DNA of 64,000 nt from an uncultured Prevotellaceae bacterium (GCA_902771445.1 CACXXD010000067.1:3278-67277); one strand, 5' to 3'. Numbered from the stretch's first letter, positions 10,671 through 20,382 are shown. A program made the numbers and translations. The notes: generated by a model from the letters alone, not told the origin.

Positions 10671-13253
10671 TCAGTTTTCAATAAGCAACGGCCTGTCAAT
10701 CAAGTGGATGACTGCCGACGAGGATGTCCATATCTGATTGGCATTCTCTGCGTCTTCTGCATCGTACTGATACTCACGGGCCATAATATTATAGAGTGCA
10801 GGATTGCTGGTCAGCACCTTGTGCCGGGTGCTGCCTTGCTGGTCGACCTCGTCTTTAAGAATGATCTCCGTGTCGGTGAGTTCGGCTCTCAGACGATAGA
10901 ATCGGCCGGTCTTCTCGTTGATGCGGGCCGTCTCGAAGTCACCCTTCTCATTGGCTGCACCAATGAAGAGCGCATTATCCTGAATGTGATACTTCAGGAA
11001 TTCCACGATGGCCAGCGAGTCGCGAGTGGCACCTGTGATGTTGCCCTCGTTCTTCTCCTGCTCCACCTTCTCCCACGTGGGCAGCTTGCCTGCATCGTGC
11101 AGGGCCTGGATGCTCTCGTTGGTAGGTACATATATAGTATAATGATAGGTGTTGAACACCGAGACGTTCGTGCCACCGCAGGCATGCTTCTCATGCTTCT
11201 GCTCGAGAAGCGGGCTGCCGTCCATCAGCTCGAGGAACTTCTCGAACTCCGTGTGGCTGGCCAGCACGTCGCGAACGGTCTGGCGGGTACCCATGATGGG
11301 CTCGTTCTCGAGGATATAGCTCTTGCCGTTACCGCCGTCGGTCTGGTCGTAGATGTAGTTGACCTTCACGGGGCTGCCCTCGTTCAGCTGATAGCTGCCT
11401 TCTACGGTCATGCCGTCGGCACCTGCCGCCACATTGTTAACTCTGATTTCGGTACCGCCCTTGGTGCGATAGAACTTCTTGCCGTCCTCCACATTGCCAA
11501 TCACGATGTGGGTGTCGAGAATGTCCTTCAGACGGTTTTTGATGATACCATAGTTGTGGATTTCCTTCAGCGAATCGCGCTCGCCTGTCTCCAGGTCGTA
11601 GTTCCATACGCTGGCCCACACACGGTCTTCGAGTGCCTTCGACTCATCATAGAAGAAGCGCATCAGCTGGGTCTTCGACTTGCCGAACGAGCAGGGGTCG
11701 ATATACTCGAGCATGGCTCCGTTGGTGGGGATGAAGAAGCTGTAGTAGGTCTTCAGCGCGTTCAGGTAGACCTGATACTGATTGACGGTGATGCCCCAGT
11801 CGATGATCTTCATCGTCTGGTTGATAAGAGCCGGGAACGACACGCTGACGTAGGCTGTGGGCGAATAGACGCGGTTGGTCATATAGACAGCACCGTTGCA
11901 GCCCAGCCACACAGAGTCGATGGCGGCTTTCTCGACGCCCATCGGGTCGTTGGCATCGTTGGCAATGCCGTCGAACTTCGACGGAACCGACGAAACGAAC
12001 GAGGCCAGCATGTTGTTGTTGATCAGCTTCACAATCACATCGTCAGGCACGCGGTCCCACGATCCGTAGTTGTCTTTCAGCACGCGTCCGGCACCATGCT
12101 CCCAGTACTCTTCCATTGCGGCATTGCTTGGCACCATGATGACGCCCATGTCGCGCTGCTCGGCAATGTTGCCGCCTTCGTCCTTACGGCCAGCGTAATA
12201 GGCGTTCCATTCCGGGTCGTACTTCAGCCATGCCTTCACCGGCTTGTTGTTGGGGGCCACGAGCAACGACAGTCCGTCTTGCGACTTCTCTGAGAAGAAG
12301 CGTTTCTGGAACACGGTGTCAACGTTGGTCTCATAGAGATAGTTGTATCGCTCGGTGACGGAACGCTCGCGATCGGGATAGGGCGCACAGAAGCGCTCCA
12401 TGAGTCGGTTGAACTGGCTCAGCTGTGGCTTGCTTGCAATCAGCTCTGCCATGTTGGGCAGCGGAGTGATCACCTCGCCCAGCTTGTGAATGAAACCGTT
12501 CGAACACTTGATGTTGGGCTCCACCACCCTCACACCGTTCACACTGGCCTCACCCGTCTGACGAGTACCCGTGTTGTTGAAAATGAAATCGTAGTCATCG
12601 TTCGTGATGCGCTTGTTGGTCAGCTGCTTCTCAATGAATTGCACGACAGGCACCACCGTACCATCTTCCATACACACAATAGGCCTACCTGCACTGCGGT
12701 AAGGCTGCCAATAGGGATTGTCGGGCATCTGCTCAGGCTTCAGCACCGGCACGGAATCGTAGAGCGAACTGGCTGCAAAACGGCGCATGCACTCACCTTC
12801 GCGAGGAGGAGTTCCTTCCACGTTCGACAAATTGTTCAGCTGAATGGAGTTGTCGATCATGCTGCCGAAGAGCAACAGCTTCTTCTGCGACAGCGACAAC
12901 TGTTCATAACTCGTCACCCCCCAGGGGTTCTTCTTGAAGAAACGAGCATAGGCATCATCGTCGGCAACGAAGAAGGTCTTGGAACCTGTCTTCGCCAGAA
13001 TTTCATGATAGCCCAACTCATCGATCATCCGCACTGTGTTGGTGTAGTTGCCGCTCTCTGTCAGCCAACTGTAGATGCTCGAACCCCAGCCATCGGGAGT
13101 CCGCTCATCCAAGTCGTACTTGTCTGAACAAGAAGCAACAATACCGTTTCCAACCAACAGCACACTTGCCGCCAACAACCATTGGCGACCTCGTCTCCAG
13201 AATTTTTGCCTTTCAAGCGACCACTTCGGGTCAACTGGTCTTTTGGATTTCAT
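10671..13253 (-). CDS. Multi-fasciclin-domain lipoprotein, first gene of the PUL
   Basis: Lipobox IVASC; CSNGFIHKL, YSFFIPTN, YTIYVPTN, AVIHLIDRPL motifs. Confidence 0.8.
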   Translation of the reverse strand: MKSKRPVDPKWSLERQKFWRRGRQWLLAASVLLVGNGIVASCSDKYDLDERTPDGWGSSIYSWLTESGNYTNTVRMIDELGYHEILAKTGSKTFFVADDDAYARFFKKNPWGVTSYEQLSLSQKKLLLFGSMIDNSIQLNNLSNVEGTPPREGECMRRFAASSLYDSVPVLKPEQMPDNPYWQPYRSAGRPIVCMEDGTVVPVVQFIEKQLTNKRITNDDYDFIFNNTGTRQTGEASVNGVRVVEPNIKCSNGFIHKLGEVITPLPNMAELIASKPQLSQFNRLMERFCAPYPDRERSVTERYNYLYETNVDTVFQKRFFSEKSQDGLSLLVAPNNKPVKAWLKYDPEWNAYYAGRKDEGGNIAEQRDMGVIMVPSNAAMEEYWEHGAGRVLKDNYGSWDRVPDDVIVKLINNNMLASFVSSVPSKFDGIANDANDPMGVEKAAIDSVWLGCNGAVYMTNRVYSPTAYVSVSFPALINQTMKIIDWGITVNQYQVYLNALKTYYSFFIPTNGAMLEYIDPCSFGKSKTQLMRFFYDESKALEDRVWASVWNYDLETGERDSLKEIHNYGIIKNRLKDILDTHIVIGNVEDGKKFYRTKGGTEIRVNNVAAGADGMTVEGSYQLNEGSPVKVNYIYDQTDGGNGKSYILENEPIMGTRQTVRDVLASHTEFEKFLELMDGSPLLEQKHEKHACGGTNVSVFNTYHYTIYVPTNESIQALHDAGKLPTWEKVEQEKNEGNITGATRDSLAIVEFLKYHIQDNALFIGAANEKGDFETARINEKTGRFYRLRAELTDTEIILKDEVDQQGSTRHKVLTSNPALYNIMAREYQYDAEDAENANQIWTSSSAVIHLIDRPLLIEN

Positions 13254-13322
13254 AAGTTTTGTTTGTTGAATTGTTTTATGTTATTTTTGCCGTTTATGTC
13301 AAACCAGGACAATTTTCGTGTG

Positions 13323-13330
13323 CAAAGTTA
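13323..13330 (-). promoter_or_regulatory. Bacteroidota -7 promoter box (TAACTTTG) for the fasciclin/SusC operon
   Basis: Matches TAnnTTTG about 70 bp upstream of the ATG at 13253. Confidence 0.65.
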
Positions 13331-13661
13331 TCATAAAAACGCGTGAAGCACTTTCCGTCACGTCCGAACGGCTTTTCAATTCGTTAACGCTCGTTATGTT
13401 TTTGTCTCACATTGTTTGCTATATGTTTCAGTTTCGCGTAATTCAGTCATTTTCAGCACAATACAACAAACGAAGAAACAAGCAAAAAGACATCACAAAA
13501 ACCAATTTTCGTGATGTGCGGATGTCTAAGAATAAGCTGAAACGAATTGGAATAATTGGAATAATAAGCTCACGAATTGGAATAATATTTATTCTCATTC
13601 GTGGCCAGAAGTATTTTCATTATTCTCATTGGTTTCAAATAGACTAAGCCAATCTCTTTAT

Positions 13662-13770
13662 CCTAAATTCCGCAGCACTTTAGTTTAACTATTTTTATAA
13701 GTTGCTGAGCAACAAAAAGTTGCCCAGGTACTAATAAAGAAAGTTAAACTAAAGTGCTGCGGAATTTAGG
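13662..13770. mobile_element. 109-bp MITE / internally deleted IS with perfect 29-bp terminal inverted repeats
   Basis: CCTAAATTCCGCAGCACTTTAGTTTAACT (13662-13690) is the exact reverse complement of 13742-13770; no ORF; no obvious target-site duplication. Confidence 0.75.
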
Positions 13771-13864
13771 TAGAAGAAAAAAAATAAAAAAGGTTGCGAT
13801 TTTTTACACAATAATAGTAATGATTAAAAGTTTTTCGACTTGTACGGTTGGAATCAATTGAGAT

Positions 13865-13939
13865 GGACGGATTTGCCTGGCGGTCGGGTGCCGTGCGGAC
13901 GGATTTGCAATCATGAGCGGTCGAAAGATTGCAAATCCG
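13865..13939. repeat. REP-like palindrome
   Basis: CGGATTTGCAATC (13900-13912) and GATTGCAAATCCG (13927-13939) form a perfect 13-bp IR; GGACGGATTTGC is also repeated directly at 13865. Confidence 0.6.
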
Positions 13940-13961
13940 ATCAAGCGAGAAATAATTTCTT

Positions 13962-14403
13962 CTAATTTGTAATAATTTCTTTCCGACAAAATTTTTCGCG
14001 AGAAAAATTTTCAATAGCAGGTCAAATAATTACGTAAAATTACGGAAATTTCTTTCCTTAGAAAAATATGAATTTTCTTGACAAACACCCCTCTGAGAAT
14101 CGCACGGAATTCACCGTTTTTAGCCTCAGAAAATTCGTCTTTCGAACAATTCAGAAAGTCATTTAGCGGCCTTCATGCCGTGATTTGTATTGAATCAAAG
14201 TGGGTTTGCAGGCATATCAAACTGAGTTATGACTTGGAACAGAACGTAACTAATGCTAAAACTCAGTTTGATATGGCTGCAAACCCACTTTGATTCAATA
14301 TCAATCTCAAAATGAGGGCAGTGGCATGGCATGAGGACTGGCATGTACCGCATCCAGAATGCCACTCTCAGAAGGTGCTTTTTTTATGAATTATTTTGAC
14401 AAA
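13962..14403 (+). repeat. Dispersed palindromic element, copy 1 (core 14067-14403 plus left extension shared with copy 4)
   Basis: Arms 14188-14228 and 14260-14300 are complementary at 40/41 positions. End sites TATGAATTTTCTTGACAAA and TATGAATTATTTTGACAAA. Homologous to three other loci in the window. Confidence 0.9.
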
Positions 14404-14426
14404 ACAACCTCGCACTACGTGAGCGT

Positions 14427-15782
14427 TTATCCCTTATTTTCATCATGAGCACTCATGTTCTTGATGAACAGATTGACAAGGTGCTTCGTGATAAAGGTGT
14501 GTCTGACGGCATGGCGTGCCTTATCAGCTAATGAGTTCGTGTCGTCGTCGGATGGGTTAGCCGCCTTTGCCTCTGCTTCTGCCATTTGCTGCTCGCGCTG
14601 GTCAATCTTAGCACGCAGACTCTCTGAGGCATGATTATAAAGGAACGTATAGCAGGGCATAGCAGCCTTCATTATATAAGGCGTGAGGAAGGTGGTCGCC
14701 ACACTGGATGCTACGATGATGGGATAGATGATGGGATTGAGGACACCCAGACTGGTACCCAGCGAAGCGATGATGAACGAGAACTCGCCAATCTGCACGA
14801 ACGAGAAGCTGGTAAGCATGGAGTCGCGCATCGTCTGACCGCCCCACCAGCAACCCAGGGTGCCAAAGAGAATCATTCCGACGATAATCACCAGGCTGAC
14901 ATAGATGATGCTCAGCCAGTATTCCGACAATGAAGACGGGTCGATCAGCATACCTACAGAAATGAAGAAGATAGCAGCAAAGACATTCTTCAGCGGTGTC
15001 ATCAATTTCTCGATACGATGCGACTCTGCTGTCTCAGCAAGGATGGAACCCATCACGAAAGCACCGAGTGCACTGCTGAATCCGGCTTCCTCTGCCGTCA
15101 GCACCATACCTAAGCACAGGCCCAAGGCGAGGATGATAAGCGTCTCGTCGTTCAGATGCTTTTTCAAGATGCGTATCAATGTCGGGATAACCAGAATTCC
15201 GCAGATGAACCAGGCCGCGAGCGTAATGGCCAGATCGACGACCTTGCCGGCCAATTCGGCACCCTCGAACTGATGGCGGATGGCGATACTGGAGAGCAGT
15301 ACCATCAGAACCACAGCCACTACATCCTCCACGATAAGGATGCTGGTTGCTCCCTTGACGAAACGCTCCTTGCTCAAGCCTGCCTCGTCAATGGCTTTCA
15401 TCACGATAGTGGTGCTCGACATACAGAGCATGCCCGCCAGGAACAGAGCGTTGATCATATCAAAGCCTGCATCCTTTCCCACGACATAGCCAAGGAGCAT
15501 CATGCCTCCGATGATTGTCAACGAACCAATTGCTGCCACCTTGCCGCTGCTGATGAGGTTCTTCAGGCGGAACTCCAGACCGATGCAGAACAATACGAAC
15601 AGCACGCCGATGTCGCCCCATGCCTTCACGTTGTCCGCATTCACAAGGGTCTCGCCAAACAGATGAGGGCCAACCAAGACACCTGCAACGATATAGCCCA
15701 GCACCACTGGCTGTTTTAATAACTTAAACACGATACTGACTACAGCTGCTGTAATCATCAAAATGTATAAATCTTGTACCAT
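14427..15782 (-). CDS. Cation:proton antiporter, CPA2 family
   Basis: KQPVVLGYIVAGVLVGP, GVLFVLFCIGLEF, SSTTIVMK, QIGEFSFIIA; many TM segments. Confidence 0.9.
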   Translation of the reverse strand: MVQDLYILMITAAVVSIVFKLLKQPVVLGYIVAGVLVGPHLFGETLVNADNVKAWGDIGVLFVLFCIGLEFRLKNLISSGKVAAIGSLTIIGGMMLLGYVVGKDAGFDMINALFLAGMLCMSSTTIVMKAIDEAGLSKERFVKGATSILIVEDVVAVVLMVLLSSIAIRHQFEGAELAGKVVDLAITLAAWFICGILVIPTLIRILKKHLNDETLIILALGLCLGMVLTAEEAGFSSALGAFVMGSILAETAESHRIEKLMTPLKNVFAAIFFISVGMLIDPSSLSEYWLSIIYVSLVIIVGMILFGTLGCWWGGQTMRDSMLTSFSFVQIGEFSFIIASLGTSLGVLNPIIYPIIVASSVATTFLTPYIMKAAMPCYTFLYNHASESLRAKIDQREQQMAEAEAKAANPSDDDTNSLADKARHAVRHTFITKHLVNLFIKNMSAHDENKG

Positions 15783-15830
15783 ACTTAATAATTAATATTT
15801 TGTATTTATAAACAAATCGTTTTGTTTTTC

Positions 15831-17462
15831 TCACGCTTTGAAGACCTCTTCGCCGTCCACGATGACGATATTGGCCTGTGCTATTTTTTCGATGTCGTCG
15901 TGCAGGAAGTCGCAATCATACACGGTCATGTTGGCAATTTTGCCGAACTCGATGGAGCCTAAGCGGTGCTCCTGATGGAACTGACGGGCCACATTGATGG
16001 TCATGGCACGCAGCGACTGTTCGCGGGTGACAGCTTCCTTGGTATTGCGCGGAGAGGCCATGCCACCAAAAAGTTCCTTTGGATAGCTGCGTGTTTCCGC
16101 TGTATAGAAACTAAGTTTAATATCAAACATCGGAGAGACCGGATAGTCTGAATGGAAAACCACATTGGCTCCTGCATCATAGAATGACTTGATGGGGTAA
16201 GCCTGATTAGTCAGTTCTTCACCCACGTATGATGCCTCCTGTTCAAAGTTAGCAGGCACCTTAGCAGTCCACATAGGCGGAACAGCAGGAACAGAACCTG
16301 TTGCAGCCATGCGGCGGACATCTTCATCGGTCACGAAGTGCAGGTGTGCCAGCACGTTGCGCTGATCCATGTCGCCGGTAATCTTCTCGGCATCCTCGAT
16401 ACAGCCCAGCATGAAGTGCGTGGCACCGCCTCCTTCTGAGTGAACATGAACTGCCATTCCCTCCTTGTCGGCCTCAACAATCAGCTGTACCATCTTGTCG
16501 TGGTCGTTGAAGCGTTCTACACCGTGATAGCCAGGTGTGTCAAGATAATCCTGATTCTGCCAAGCCGTATGAGCCTCGGTCACACCGTCGAGGAATGCCT
16601 TGGCACCGACAATGTGGAAATATTCGCCGCTCAACTCGGCACGCTGCGCGGCAATGCGGGCTATCTCTGCCTTCGGGTCAGCAATATTATCGGTGACATA
16701 CATATAGGCGTATGTGCGCAACTTCAGCCTGCCTTCCTCCTCCAGCTCATGGTAGGCCTTGGGAGCATCGCGATGTACAATCTCCGCGCCAGCATCGCCC
16801 ACGGCAGTAAAGCCAGTCTTGAAGGCGAAGTCCTGCCAAGCGAGCAGATACTCCTTGATGTCATCTATAGTAGCAGGCAACTTCGGCACAATTTCGAACA
16901 CAGGTCCCTCGCAGATGTAGCCGTCGGGATCGCCGTTCTTATCTACATGCACCAGGTCGTAGCCCATCTTCTTGGCGTATGCCGCATCGAAGCCAGCCCA
17001 TTCCAGCGCCTTTGTGTTGAGCAGCATGGCATGTCCGCTGGCGGTCTGCATGAGCAGCGGCTTGTCGGGACAAATCTCGTCCAGATATGCCTTGGTAACA
17101 TATTCGTCATTCTCCACCCACCCTGCTGCAACATATAATTCACGTTTCGGATTCTGAGCAATGAACTCCTTGATGATTTCACGATACTTGGGATAGTTGG
17201 TTTCTATGCCGAGTTTCGCGAGATTTGCCTGTCCGATGAAACGGTAGCCAGCCAAATGGCCGTGGCAGTGGGACTCAAGGAAACCGGGATAGACAAAGTT
17301 GTCACCGTAGTCGAGCACCTGCGCGTCGGCAGCGGCCAGTCTCTTCGCCTCTTCTGCGCTGCCTATATAGGCAAACACGCCGTCCTTGACTAATGCGGCC
17401 TTGGCAAAGGGCCTTTTTTCATCCACAGTGATGATGTTGCCGAGAATAATTGTTTGCTTCAT
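15831..17462 (-). CDS. Amidohydrolase 3 family (YtcJ-like) metallohydrolase
   Basis: PGFLESHCH, KAFLDG, HVHSEG, HSDYP, GSIEFGKIAN. Start at MKQTIIL (17462). Confidence 0.88.
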   Translation of the reverse strand: MKQTIILGNIITVDEKRPFAKAALVKDGVFAYIGSAEEAKRLAAADAQVLDYGDNFVYPGFLESHCHGHLAGYRFIGQANLAKLGIETNYPKYREIIKEFIAQNPKRELYVAAGWVENDEYVTKAYLDEICPDKPLLMQTASGHAMLLNTKALEWAGFDAAYAKKMGYDLVHVDKNGDPDGYICEGPVFEIVPKLPATIDDIKEYLLAWQDFAFKTGFTAVGDAGAEIVHRDAPKAYHELEEEGRLKLRTYAYMYVTDNIADPKAEIARIAAQRAELSGEYFHIVGAKAFLDGVTEAHTAWQNQDYLDTPGYHGVERFNDHDKMVQLIVEADKEGMAVHVHSEGGGATHFMLGCIEDAEKITGDMDQRNVLAHLHFVTDEDVRRMAATGSVPAVPPMWTAKVPANFEQEASYVGEELTNQAYPIKSFYDAGANVVFHSDYPVSPMFDIKLSFYTAETRSYPKELFGGMASPRNTKEAVTREQSLRAMTINVARQFHQEHRLGSIEFGKIANMTVYDCDFLHDDIEKIAQANIVIVDGEEVFKA

Positions 17463-17688
17463 AGTTAATATACTATTTAGGTATTGGTGAGCAAAATTAA
17501 TTATTGTTTTCCAAAATGCCACATTTTTGATTACGTACTACCACTGTTTTGCAAATTTTGCAACATTTTTTGCTAATATTGAAAGTGGAAAGAACTAAAG
17601 AAAGAAGATATGTCAATAAATGTAACAGCATAGCGATAGCCTGTTCTCAACACTGGGAAAACAGCATAATATCGATGAAATGGGCATT

Positions 17689-17735
17689 TTTATCTCCGTC
17701 TGCCCAGACCGATGGACTGAACAGACGGAAATAAA
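17689..17735. terminator. Stem-loop after the cupin/PI-PLC/OMP operon
   Basis: TTTATCTCCGTCTG...CAGACGGAAATAAA inverted repeat just past the 17754 stop. Confidence 0.5.
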
Positions 17736-17753
17736 TTGTATCAGGCAGACTTA

Positions 17754-18605
17754 CTAAAATATCTTATAAGCCACACGCAACTCAATGTTGGGCCAGGCTT
17801 TCAACCATGACAGCGCACCAGTGATGCCGGAGTTCTTGCCCGAAGACTTGATCTCCGTCTCGTTGTTCAGCACGAACTTTGGTGTACCCCAGAACAGAAG
17901 ACCAGCATCGACAGCCAGACTGACACGATGGGTCTTTGCGAGATGCTGGCCAAAGCCGACACCGATATAGGGCTTCACCGCATTGGTCTTCATACGCACG
18001 TCGATATTACCATTCTCATCGGCAGTGAACACGTAGTCGCCGAACTTCAGACCGATGGGCTGATAGTTGGTACGGTAGAGACGGTTGTAGTCTTCCACTT
18101 TCTGATTGGCATCGTAGAGGAACCCTAAGGCATTCTCGTTGGTGTTGCGGAAGTGAACAAAGTTCTGGCTGCCAAAGAACAGACCTGCTGAGAAGTAGAA
18201 TGGTTGGTTCTTAAAGGGATGCACCTCACCCAGGAGGTAGAAGTTCCAGAAGTTGGGCTTGACGGCCAGCTCCACCTTATCTACCATTTGCGAACGCTTT
18301 ATGGCATCCTCTTCCACCATATCTATCTGAGTGATGTCCGATGAGGTGTTGATGGCCTTGAACTTGATGTCGCCCAGGCTCCATCCGGAAAAGCCGGCCC
18401 TTACCGTCACTAACTTGTGGACAGGCATGGCCGCGTCGACGCCAAACCCCGTCAGTCCGTAGGACAGACCCACAGAGAGGTGGTTGAACAGGCCGTCCTC
18501 GGCATGTAACTTGTCGGCTTTCTGTGCTTTAGCCCCCGTTGCCGTAATCATAATCGCGAAGAGAATGACGAGTCTGTGAATATCGTGTTTCATAACTTTT
18601 ATCAT
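17754..18605 (-). CDS. Hypothetical outer-membrane beta-barrel protein
   Basis: Signal peptide, alternating strands (KPYIGVGFG), C-terminal ELRVAYKIF. Confidence 0.65.
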   Translation of the reverse strand: MIKVMKHDIHRLVILFAIMITATGAKAQKADKLHAEDGLFNHLSVGLSYGLTGFGVDAAMPVHKLVTVRAGFSGWSLGDIKFKAINTSSDITQIDMVEEDAIKRSQMVDKVELAVKPNFWNFYLLGEVHPFKNQPFYFSAGLFFGSQNFVHFRNTNENALGFLYDANQKVEDYNRLYRTNYQPIGLKFGDYVFTADENGNIDVRMKTNAVKPYIGVGFGQHLAKTHRVSLAVDAGLLFWGTPKFVLNNETEIKSSGKNSGITGALSWLKAWPNIELRVAYKIF

Positions 18606-18612
18606 AAGAATT

Positions 18613-19842
18613 TTATTTGAAGTATGATTTGTTCGACTTGATAAGCAGGTTGGTGAGCGACTGGCTCTGTGGGTAGAAGCCGTAGAGGTAGTCGCTGGTG
18701 TAGGGCGAACCGCCGTTGATAATACAGTGTACGTAGTCGTGGCAGGCCATGTCGATTGGCATGATGCCTACTGCGCCCTCATTCTTCTGCAAGTCGGCAA
18801 TGACCAGCGGATGCAAGACGGCGGCATTGGTAATGTATCCGCGTGGCGACACCTCAGTATAAGCCGAACAGTGGTTCACAATCCAGATGTTATTGTCGTT
18901 GGCGATGGCCTCACGAGCACTGTGCATCATGTCGATGAGCGTTGTCTGCTTGTTCTTCATGCGCTGCTCCTTGTCACTCTTGTAGTAGTCCTGCACGTAG
19001 AGCGTAGCCTTCACAGTGGTGTCGTTCATGTTGTAGATGGCACAGCTGCGCTGGGCCTTGGTATCAATGTTCTCCTGTATGTCGGGGTCCTCATTGGTCC
19101 AGGTGCAGTAGACTGCGGGATAGTGGAAAGCATCATTGAGCGGACGCAGGTCGAAACGACTCATCAACAGGATCTTGCCGCGCATCTCACCCACCGTGAT
19201 GTCGGGACGCCAGTTCTCGACGAACAGTCCCTGATACTTCTGTTTGCTCAGCACCTTGTTGAGCAGCACCGTCCAGTTGCTCTGGTTCTCCATACCGTTG
19301 TCGGCCTGGAACTTGACAATGAAGAACTCTGTGGGATGGGCCTTCAGGTAGCGCTGCATCTGGTCGAGCGACTCCTCGAAAGTCACTTTAATCTCGCTGA
19401 TGCCGTGAGCCAGGCGCAACACCTGCTTCTCTTTCGGATCCTTGGCCAATGTGTCGATGCTCACCACCGGACGCAGGTCGAAGAAACGCACACCGTGGGT
19501 CATCTGATCCTCAAACGTTGACACCTGACTGATGGCCGTCATGTTGAACACATACTCCAGCATGGGCTGATAGAATCCCATGCCAGTCATGGTATCGTGG
19601 GTACCGGGGATGCTCAGCTTGCACACCTTGGTATCGTCCTTCACCATGCCCAGCCAGTCGGAAATGGGAGTGGCCAGGTCGTAGGCAACGATGACGGTGT
19701 CCTTATAGCCCTCAGAGAAGAGATACGGTGAGTCAAGAGAGGTCTTTTCGTCGTAGGCTTTCTCCAAGTCCTCCTCCTCGCAACTGCTCAGTGCTGTCAT
19801 GGCCATGAGAGCCATGATGGCATACATAAGTTTTCTTTTCAT
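18613..19842 (-). CDS. Phosphatidylinositol-specific phospholipase C (PI-PLC X domain) lipoprotein
   Basis: Lipobox LSSC; LSIPGTHDT, GVRFFDLR, RGKILL, YVQDYY motifs. Confidence 0.8.
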   Translation of the reverse strand: MKRKLMYAIMALMAMTALSSCEEEDLEKAYDEKTSLDSPYLFSEGYKDTVIVAYDLATPISDWLGMVKDDTKVCKLSIPGTHDTMTGMGFYQPMLEYVFNMTAISQVSTFEDQMTHGVRFFDLRPVVSIDTLAKDPKEKQVLRLAHGISEIKVTFEESLDQMQRYLKAHPTEFFIVKFQADNGMENQSNWTVLLNKVLSKQKYQGLFVENWRPDITVGEMRGKILLMSRFDLRPLNDAFHYPAVYCTWTNEDPDIQENIDTKAQRSCAIYNMNDTTVKATLYVQDYYKSDKEQRMKNKQTTLIDMMHSAREAIANDNNIWIVNHCSAYTEVSPRGYITNAAVLHPLVIADLQKNEGAVGIMPIDMACHDYVHCIINGGSPYTSDYLYGFYPQSQSLTNLLIKSNKSYFK

Positions 19843-19908
19843 AGATTCCTATTCGTTGTTTATTAATTAATATCCAATGTCTGGAAAATATCCCAATGGC
19901 CCCAACAA

Positions 19909-20382
19909 CTACTCTAAGGGTATTTCGGGATGCTGAACGGCCAGCGGCAGATTCTTCTGCGAGAGATAGAACATGTAGAGAATGACGGGCTTCGTGCCGC
20001 GGTTCTCACCGTGGTGGATGGTGTTCACCATCTCCACTACGGGCTCACCCTCATGCACCGTCTTCTCCTTGCCGTCCTGTCCGATGATGGTCAGTTCGCC
20101 CTGTATCAGTATGCCGTAGTTCATCACGGGATGATGGTGCCAGCCCAGCTTCTGCCCTGCGGGGAACACGTATTTCACGGCCACCAGTTCGGGACGGCCC
20201 TGAAAATAGTCAGGCAACTCCACACCGTCCCAGCTCTGGCTGGTGCGAATCAGTTCGGTGGACTGCACCGACGCAACGGGTTCTTCTTTCTGAGCGTTAG
20301 CTTCTTTGCATGCTGTCGTGACAGCCACTGTGCCGCAGATGATAAGGATGGCGGCAAACACCCTGTACAAAATCTTATTCAT
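19909..20382 (-). CDS. Cupin-domain lipoprotein
   Basis: Lipobox TTAC; WHHHP...GEL, VEMVNTIHHGEN cupin motifs. Confidence 0.85.
   Translation of the reverse strand: MNKILYRVFAAILIICGTVAVTTACKEANAQKEEPVASVQSTELIRTSQSWDGVELPDYFQGRPELVAVKYVFPAGQKLGWHHHPVMNYGILIQGELTIIGQDGKEKTVHEGEPVVEMVNTIHHGENRGTKPVILYMFYLSQKNLPLAVQHPEIPLE

Noticed and set aside
13318-14293. Short ORFs over repeat DNA (also 29778-29996, 40554-40895, 56998-57285)
   Set aside because: Frames are not conserved between repeat copies, and the translations are not protein-like.
14188-14300. Central hairpin with ~31-nt variable loop as a CRISPR repeat-spacer unit
   Set aside because: Arms are inverted and single, loops are related to each other, and there is no tandem array or cas gene.
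14373-14403. End site as a dif/XerCD site or lambda-like att core
   Set aside because: Only a superficial resemblance (GGTGC, TTATG, GCTTTTTT); arm order and spacing do not fit dif.
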